Assembly (NCBI GenBank): GCA_018671245.1 | Contig: JABHIB010000008.1 | Location: 111,756 to 175,755 of the forward strand | Length of the DNA stretch: 64,000 nucleotides | Direction: 5' to 3' | DNA from: an archaeon | Lineage (GTDB): Archaea; Nanobdellota; Nanobdellia; SCGC-AAA011-G17; PNOQ01 | Shown here: positions 57,550 through 64,000 of the stretch, one piece after another | Position numbering within the stretch: position 1 is the stretch's first letter | How the letters are laid out: the number at the start of each line of letters is the position of its first letter | Notes under the pieces: model-generated | Databases searched by the model: none | What the model was told of the DNA's origin: nothing | What the model saw: the letters and a program-made list of their open reading frames with translations, nothing else | Program-made: the position numbers and the translations under genes

Positions 57550-59859
57550 ATGAAAGGTTTCATAATATATCCTGGTTCTAGAGTTATTGAAGGGGTGCCA
57601 TGTGTTTTGTTATACGGTCGTTTAGAAAATGGTCAATCCTTTCTAACTATAAATAAGTTTAAACCATATTTCTTCATAGAGTCTAAAAATCTTAAAAAAG
57701 CGAAAAAATTAGGAGATTTTGAAGTAGAAGAAACAGATCTAACAAACTTCAAAAAAGAAAAAGTAACAAAATTAATTTTAAATCATCCAAAAGATATCTC
57801 TGAATTAAAATCAATATTAGAATCTGAGAAAATAATTACTTATGAAGCAGATATAAGGTATCCTATAAAATTTTTGATAGATAACAAAATTCAAGGTTCT
57901 TTAGAAATTGATGGAGATTATGAAACTTCGGATACAATAGATAGAATCTACAAAAATCCAGATATTTCTAAAACTGAATATGTGCCAAAGAATCTAAAGA
58001 TACTCTCTTTTGATATAGAAACGGACAAAAAAGCAAAAACATTATACTGTATCTCTTCTTACTCAAAAGATCATAAAAAATCTTTCATAATCTCAAAAAA
58101 TAAAGTTGAAGGTGCAGAAATATTCAAGGATGAAGAAGATTTATTAGAAGCATTCCAACAAGATATAATAGATTTTGATCCAGATATAATTACTGGATGG
58201 AATGTAGTAGATTTTGATTTTAAATTTTTAAGAGACAAATTTAAGAAATACAATATTCCCTTTATCTTAGGGAGAGATAATTCTATTTCAAAATTAAGAT
58301 TAGAATCAAGTTTTTTTAGAACAAGTAAGGCAGAAATAGCAGGAAGAGTTGTTTTAGATGGCCTTGACCTAACAAGATCATCATTTGTAAAATTAGAAAA
58401 CTATAAACTAGATACTGCTGCAAAAACTCTTTTAGGAAAAGGCAAGTTAATAGATTCGACAGGAAAACAAAAGTATCAAGAAATAGATAGGTTGTTCAAA
58501 GAAGATAAAAAGAATTTAATAAAGTATAATCTACTTGATTCAGAATTAGCATATAGGGTAATCACGGAGGCAGATTTAGTTGATTTAGCAATCCAACGTT
58601 CTATTTTAACTGGAATGTCTTTAGAGAGAGTAAATGCATCTATAGCCTCACTAGACTTCTTATACTTACAGAGAGCAAGAGATAAAAAATTAGTTTGTCC
58701 TACTTCGGCGAATGGAGAGAGGGGAGAAAGAATAAAGGGAGGTTATGTAATGGAATCACTTCCCGGAATTTATGATAACATAATTGTACTGGATTTCAAA
58801 TCTCTATATCCTTCAATTGTTAAAACATTCAATATAGATCCATCTAGCTATCATGAGAAAGAGCAAAAGGGAGATATAGAATCTCCAAATAAAGCACATT
58901 TTGCAAATGAAGATGGAATCCTACCAAATATAATTCAAGAGTTGTGGATAGAAAGAGAAAAATCGAGAAAAAGCAAAAACGAACTATCTAGATATGCAAT
59001 AAAGATTTTAATGAATAGTTTTTTTGGAGTTTTAGCAAATCCTTCCTGTAGGTTTTATAATATTAATTTAGCAAATGCAATAACCAACTTTGGTCAAGAT
59101 TTGATAAAGAAGACTGCAGAACAAATAGAAGAGAGAGGATACAAGGTAATTTATTCAGATACAGATTCAGTATTCATAGATACAAAATTAGATTCTTACA
59201 AACAATCAGAAAAAATAGGAAAAGAATTAGAAAGATCTGTCAATGAGTTTCATGATAAACGAATAAAAAGAAAATACAAGCGTGAGAGCTCACTAGAATT
59301 AGAATATGAAAAATGTTATTCGAGATTCCTTATGCCAAAATTAAGAGGGAAGGAAACAGGAGCAAAAAAGAGGTATGCTGGCCTAATCATAAAAGATGGA
59401 AAAGAAGAGGTACAATTTGTAGGATTAGAAACTGTGAGGAGCGATTGGACGAATGCTGCAAAGAACTTCCAAAAAAAACTATATGATAAAATCTTTCATA
59501 AAGAAGATCCTACTCCCTTCATAAAAAAGTATGTCGAAGAAATACTATCTGGAAATCAAGATAAAAATCTAGTCTACAGAAAATCGATAAGAAAGGATTT
59601 GAAAGAATATACCAAAATTACTCCTCAACACATAAGGGCGGCAAGAAAATTGAAAAAGTTAGAATCTAATATAATAGAGTATTACATAACTACAGATGGG
59701 CCAGAACCTATACAAATTTTAAAACACGATATTGATTATGATCACTACATTAAGAAACAAATAAAACCTATTGCTGACTCAATTCTACAATTCTTTGATA
59801 TAGATTTTGAAGAAATAATAAGTGGGAATAAACAAACTACATTATTTGGGTTTTCATAA
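57550..59859 (+). CDS. polB: family B DNA polymerase
   Basis: Exo I LSFDIETD, Exo II ITGWNVVDFDFKFL, motif A LDFKSLYPSI, motif C YSDTDSVF and KKRYAG. Confidence 0.85.
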   Translation: MKGFIIYPGSRVIEGVPCVLLYGRLENGQSFLTINKFKPYFFIESKNLKKAKKLGDFEVEETDLTNFKKEKVTKLILNHPKDISELKSILESEKIITYEADIRYPIKFLIDNKIQGSLEIDGDYETSDTIDRIYKNPDISKTEYVPKNLKILSFDIETDKKAKTLYCISSYSKDHKKSFIISKNKVEGAEIFKDEEDLLEAFQQDIIDFDPDIITGWNVVDFDFKFLRDKFKKYNIPFILGRDNSISKLRLESSFFRTSKAEIAGRVVLDGLDLTRSSFVKLENYKLDTAAKTLLGKGKLIDSTGKQKYQEIDRLFKEDKKNLIKYNLLDSELAYRVITEADLVDLAIQRSILTGMSLERVNASIASLDFLYLQRARDKKLVCPTSANGERGERIKGGYVMESLPGIYDNIIVLDFKSLYPSIVKTFNIDPSSYHEKEQKGDIESPNKAHFANEDGILPNIIQELWIEREKSRKSKNELSRYAIKILMNSFFGVLANPSCRFYNINLANAITNFGQDLIKKTAEQIEERGYKVIYSDTDSVFIDTKLDSYKQSEKIGKELERSVNEFHDKRIKRKYKRESSLELEYEKCYSRFLMPKLRGKETGAKKRYAGLIIKDGKEEVQFVGLETVRSDWTNAAKNFQKKLYDKIFHKEDPTPFIKKYVEEILSGNQDKNLVYRKSIRKDLKEYTKITPQHIRAARKLKKLESNIIEYYITTDGPEPIQILKHDIDYDHYIKKQIKPIADSILQFFDIDFEEIISGNKQTTLFGFS

Positions 59860-59890
59860 CTTTTATATAATTTGAATATTAATCCTTTTT

Positions 59891-60889
59891 ATGGGAGTAG
59901 CAATTTCAGAATTAATAAAAAAGGATGAGATTTCTTTTGATCAGTTAAAGGGAAAAAAACTATCAGTAGATGCATCCAATGTAATCTATCAATTTCTAGC
60001 ATCAATCAGACAGATGGATGGAACTCCTCTAATGGATTCTAATAATAATGTGACTTCTCATATAATGGGCCTTTCAACAAGGATACCTAACCTGATGGAG
60101 AAAGGAATAAAATTATGTTTCGTTTTTGATGGCGAACCTCCCGAATTAAAGGCTGCAGAAAGTAAAAGAAGGAGAGATCTAAAAGCTGTTGCTGCAGAAA
60201 AATTAGAGAAGGCAAAAAAAGAGAAAGATATAGAAGCTATGTCAAAATATAGCAGACAAACAATCAAATTAACTAAAGACATTAAAGATGAATCAATGGA
60301 GTTCATAAGGGCTCTAGGTTTACCAGTCATTCAAGCACCTTCAGAGGCAGAAGCACAAGCAGCATATATGGCAGAAAAAGGAGATGTTTGGGGAACTCTG
60401 TCTCAAGATGTGGATGCATTACTCTATTCAACTCCAAGATTGATAAGGAATTTAACAGTTTCACAAAAACGAAAAGTTCGTGGAAATTATATCAAAGTAC
60501 TTCCAGAAATAATCAACCTAAAAGATACTCTTGATAGTTTAGGAATAAATAATGAACAGCTATTAACTCTATCAATATTAGTTGGAACAGATTATAATAT
60601 CGGAGGGGTAAAGGGTATAGGTCCAAAAACTGGACTAAAATTAGTAAAAGAACATAAAACTATAGAAAAAGTCTTTGAGAACGTAAATGCAGATTTTGAT
60701 TGGAAAGATATATACAATACTTTCAAAGAGATGAAAATAAAAAAAGATTATAAGATAGAATGGAAATCTCCGGATCAAAATAAGATCAGAGAAATCCTAT
60801 CAAAACATGATTTTTCTGAAGAGAGAATAAATAGATTATTAGAAAAATTAAAACCAAAAAAACAAAAGAATTTAGACAATTGGTTCTAA
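59891..60889 (+). CDS. fen: flap endonuclease FEN-1
   Basis: N-terminal MGVAISELI...LSVDASNVIYQFL. Internal nuclease domain, H3TH GIGPKTGLKLV. C-terminal PIP-like QKNLDNWF. Confidence 0.9.
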   Translation: MGVAISELIKKDEISFDQLKGKKLSVDASNVIYQFLASIRQMDGTPLMDSNNNVTSHIMGLSTRIPNLMEKGIKLCFVFDGEPPELKAAESKRRRDLKAVAAEKLEKAKKEKDIEAMSKYSRQTIKLTKDIKDESMEFIRALGLPVIQAPSEAEAQAAYMAEKGDVWGTLSQDVDALLYSTPRLIRNLTVSQKRKVRGNYIKVLPEIINLKDTLDSLGINNEQLLTLSILVGTDYNIGGVKGIGPKTGLKLVKEHKTIEKVFENVNADFDWKDIYNTFKEMKIKKDYKIEWKSPDQNKIREILSKHDFSEERINRLLEKLKPKKQKNLDNWF

Positions 60890-62290
60890 TGCTTTATCTC
60901 TTATTACAAGTAAAAATTCTTTATAGCTTCTAGCATTTTTAATAATATTATCCCATTCATCCATACTAACTTCATAAGGTTTTTTGGCGTTTAGGAAACT
61001 TACTATCTGATCTATATTACTTAGGTACGCATTAAAATCATCACCATATCCTAAGTTAGATACGGCCTTAACTAGTTTATTATCTATACCTTTCCTAATA
61101 TCTTTTATGTAATTTTTAGCTTTTTTTGGATGTTTTGCCAGGTTTACATTAAACAAAGGATTGATCTTTTTAATTTTTTCATCTAGTAATTTCACAACAA
61201 TCTCATTTTCCTTTCTTCGTTTTTCTTTTACAGATTCAGCACTAGATTTTTCTCTTTCTTTATCTCTTTCAAATCCTATCTTTCTTCGTTTTTCTTCCTC
61301 TTGGATCTCTTCATACTCTGCATCCTCTATCTCTTCCTTTTTTCCTGCAGCAATTTGTTTTCTATCTTCGCCCTCTCGAACTACTGATTCTTGTTCTTCT
61401 GCTTTAGCTTCTTCATAATCATGAGCTATGTTTGCAAATAATTTTGCCATGAATTTTTTATTTCTCTTCCATTTTTTAAGTGCCTCATTAACTTGAGAAA
61501 GCGCGTCACCTTTCTCTCCAGCACGCAAATGAACTCCTGCAAGTTGAAGTTTTTCACGAATATAATTAAGAATATCTTTCATCTTTCTAGATTCTCTAGA
61601 ATGAGTAGCTCTCCTAAGTTTTTTAACATCTCTAAAACTTTTATCTATTAAATTATAAATCGAATCTAAATCGTCTGTAACGTTTGCGACATCTGTTCTA
61701 TCCAATCTATCTCTATCATCTCTCTTTTTATCTTCTCTAATCTTTTTGATATCTCTTTTAGCATTGATTAGTTCTCTCTTTATTTTTTTCCACAGCTTAT
61801 TTTCTTTTCGTCTAAGTTTACCAACTCTCTTAAATATGCTCCCTAGGTCTCTTCGTTCACTTCCAAGCTCTGAGGCAGTGTCTGAAATATTTCCCTTAAG
61901 TTCTGCATATCCTGCAAAAAGGACTGCAATTATTGCAAAGAATATTAGGGTCCATCCTCCAACATTTAAAACTGTCCAAGTGAATGCAGTAGTTATAGGT
62001 GATGAAGTTACAACAATAAGACTAAATACAATGGAGAATAAGTTTGCAATTTTTTCTTGATCATTAAAAAATGGAACCTTTGTAGTTGCCAAAAATATAA
62101 TACAAAATACAATCAAGAAACTCAACATAATCACCCAGAATTCTCCCTTAAGATTGTAAAGCTCTAATTCATAAGTTAATACATCATTAAGCGAAGTACT
62201 ACTCTGTGCCCTAGCAGCCGCAATTTTAACCATACTAAATAACATTAATAGTAACATAAACAGTTTATTTTTCATTTTTATTGCCTCCAA
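60872..62290 (-). CDS. hypothetical membrane protein with long charged coiled-coil domain
   Basis: Signal peptide, three TM helices, then about 300 aa of K/R/E/D-rich coiled coil. Confidence 0.3.
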   Translation of the reverse strand: MEAIKMKNKLFMLLLMLFSMVKIAAARAQSSTSLNDVLTYELELYNLKGEFWVIMLSFLIVFCIIFLATTKVPFFNDQEKIANLFSIVFSLIVVTSSPITTAFTWTVLNVGGWTLIFFAIIAVLFAGYAELKGNISDTASELGSERRDLGSIFKRVGKLRRKENKLWKKIKRELINAKRDIKKIREDKKRDDRDRLDRTDVANVTDDLDSIYNLIDKSFRDVKKLRRATHSRESRKMKDILNYIREKLQLAGVHLRAGEKGDALSQVNEALKKWKRNKKFMAKLFANIAHDYEEAKAEEQESVVREGEDRKQIAAGKKEEIEDAEYEEIQEEEKRRKIGFERDKEREKSSAESVKEKRRKENEIVVKLLDEKIKKINPLFNVNLAKHPKKAKNYIKDIRKGIDNKLVKAVSNLGYGDDFNAYLSNIDQIVSFLNAKKPYEVSMDEWDNIIKNARSYKEFLLVIRDKALEPIV

Positions 62291-62670
62291 GCACCAACAA
62301 ATAAGTATGCTGCATAAATTATCAGAATTATTTGAAGTATTATTTCATTTAATGAGAAAGAAAATGGTACCCAACTAGCGCCAATATACATGGAAAATAA
62401 ATATACACCAATTGCAGCAAACAATAATCCGATAACTATTTTTCCTATTTTACCAGAATTATCTATAGATTCCATTGTGAATGATTCTATAAAAATTATA
62501 ATCCCTGCTATTGCAATAAATGCTCTAAGTAACATTCCACCAACTTCAAACTCGAATGGAAATTTATTAAAGAAAGGCATCAAACTAATATATAAAAATA
62601 TTAATCCTCCAAAAAAATACAACCAACTACCATGTGTATTATCCCAATCACCCTTTTTATTCAATAACAT
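62278..62670 (-). CDS. small four-TM membrane protein
   Basis: 130 aa, hydrophobic, overlapping the previous gene. Confidence 0.3.
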   Translation of the reverse strand: MLLNKKGDWDNTHGSWLYFFGGLIFLYISLMPFFNKFPFEFEVGGMLLRAFIAIAGIIIFIESFTMESIDNSGKIGKIVIGLLFAAIGVYLFSMYIGASWVPFSFSLNEIILQIILIIYAAYLFVGAWRQ

Positions 62671-62927
62671 TAATCATATTAACCAAATAATAATATTTAA
62701 ACCTATCGGAACCCTTTTCCTCCAGAAAGATTTAAATACAAACAAAATCAATAAAGATTATGAAAAAATTACTAAAATCAAAAGGGAAAGCACCATCTTG
62801 GATGGTAAATCTATTATGGTTCATTGGCGGTGCAATTTTGATGGCTCTGATTCTTATAGGTTCACTTAATTGGGGATTAGATAGTATTATAGTACTTTCT
62901 CCGCCATCCTAATTTCAAATAAATAAA

Positions 62928-63719
62928 ATGTGGAAAAAAAATTCTAGTTTAACCAGAGGGGATATTAAAAAAATTCCTAAATCGTTTGATGTAGTTGGAG
63001 ACATAATAATTTTTTCAGAATTTCCAGAATATCTAGAAAAAAAAGAAAAGTTAGTTGGAAGATATCTAATAAACATGTTTAAGAATATAAAAACTGTAAC
63101 AAAAAAAACAAAATTTTATTCTGGAAAATATAGGACTCCAAAACTTAAAGTGCTTGCAGGAGATAAAAGTAAAGAAACTGTCCACAAAGAAAATGGAGTT
63201 TTACTAAAAGTAAATCCTGAGAAGGCCTACTTCTCTCCAAGACAGGGTTCAGAAAGATTAAGAGTTGCAAAATTGATAAAAAAAGGAGAATCTGTATTAA
63301 CCATGTTCTCAGGGATTGCACCGTTCCCATTAACCATTTCAAGACATTCTGAAGCAAAGGAGATTTACGGAGTAGAAATAAATCCTAAGGCTCATGATTA
63401 TGCTGAAGAGAATATCAAACTAAATAAGATAAAAAATATAAAATTATTCAAGGGAGATGTGGCAAAAGTTCTTCCAACTATCAATAAAAAATTCGATAGG
63501 ATCCTAATGCCCTTACCAAAATCTTCGGAAGAATTTTTAGATTTAGCATTATCAAAATTAAAATTAAATGGGACAATATACCTTTACCTATTTGAAAAAG
63601 AAGAGAATCTAAGCGAATTAAAAAAGAAATATTCTAAAAAATTCAAGATAAACTCAATAAAAGCGGGATCTCCCTCGCCTGGTACATATAGATACTGTTT
63701 AGAAATGAAAAAATTATAA
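62928..63719 (+). CDS. Trm5/Taw2 (Met-10+)-family tRNA methyltransferase
   Basis: LTMFSGIAPFP (SAM motif I), EINPKAHDYAEENIKLNK (NPxA...LN) and DRILMPLP match Trm5/TYW2 blocks. A length of 263 aa favours Taw2/Trm5b. Confidence 0.65.
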   Translation: MWKKNSSLTRGDIKKIPKSFDVVGDIIIFSEFPEYLEKKEKLVGRYLINMFKNIKTVTKKTKFYSGKYRTPKLKVLAGDKSKETVHKENGVLLKVNPEKAYFSPRQGSERLRVAKLIKKGESVLTMFSGIAPFPLTISRHSEAKEIYGVEINPKAHDYAEENIKLNKIKNIKLFKGDVAKVLPTINKKFDRILMPLPKSSEEFLDLALSKLKLNGTIYLYLFEKEENLSELKKKYSKKFKINSIKAGSPSPGTYRYCLEMKKL

Positions 63720-64000
63720 TCCTAAATCTAAAAGCCCTTTCTTCTTCAGAGGAACTGCAATAGGAGCTTCTCCACCATGCCATGTTGTTCTAGGTCGCAT
63801 TTGCATAGGATAAATTCTTTCAGAATTGTCATCTAATATTATTGCACTACCTTTTAATCTTGGAAGATTATTAATATATTTTTGAATATCTGAAAGCAAG
63901 TAGGTCTGCATCATGTCATTTAAGGCATCAACATCTTTTTTAGCAGTAATTCTATGGCTCAGAACTATATCTGACTGGGTAATAACATCTTTATGGATCT
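63714..64000 (-). CDS. hypothetical protein, C-terminal fragment (open to window end)
   Basis: The reading frame stays open from the window edge (IHKDVITQSDIVLSHRITAKKDVDALNDMMQTYLL...RPRTTWHGGEAPIAVPLKKKGLLDLGL). The ORF track shows only the Met-initiated part. Confidence 0.3.
   Translation of the reverse strand, partial: IHKDVITQSDIVLSHRITAKKDVDALNDMMQTYLLSDIQKYINNLPRLKGSAIILDDNSERIYPMQMRPRTTWHGGEAPIAVPLKKKGLLDLGL

Overview
This window is AT-rich (about 30% GC) archaeal chromosomal DNA, probably from a small-genome, DPANN-like archaeon; that lineage guess is inference. The core gene set is unmistakably archaeal: an orc1/cdc6-DP1-DP2 (PolD) operon with an adjacent AT-rich candidate oriC carrying ORB-like motifs, family B DNA polymerase, FEN-1, Hef, a RadB-like ATPase, type IA topoisomerase, PAN, Cdc48, membrane LonB, ArgRS, SerRS, MetAP, Dus, a Trm5/Taw2-like methyltransferase and one tRNA. 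Three accessory regions stand out from this housekeeping backbone. (1) A 7.7-kb transposon-like unit at 21506-29228 is bounded by 25-bp terminal inverted repeats (23/25 identical) and flanked by a perfect 9-bp direct repeat (GTAATGTAG). It carries one IS6-family transposase with an N-terminal zinc ribbon and a 6-gene minus-strand cargo operon of secreted, sequon-rich surface proteins (tandem LamG-like domains and internally duplicated repeat proteins). (2) A roughly 4.5-kb candidate integrated element at 34235-38760 lies between imperfect 26-bp direct repeats. It holds a short tyrosine recombinase (catalytic domain only), three winged-HTH proteins including a convergent paralog pair with in-frame CAATCA-type microsatellite repeats, and a CACTCATTAAGCACTTACTAATCA direct-repeat array. 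(3) Directly downstream of the tRNA, a three-gene cluster encodes giant cysteine-rich secreted proteins (DNDCDG metal-binding-like repeats, BNR/Asp-box propeller, near-identical 170-bp internal tandem duplication) and a class-III-signal (type IV pilin-like) beta-helix protein. A FlaI/VirB11-family secretion ATPase with a long N-terminal extension, plus three tandem paralogous membrane proteins, sits at the left edge of the window. All calls come from reading motifs in the supplied translations and the raw sequence. No database search was possible.
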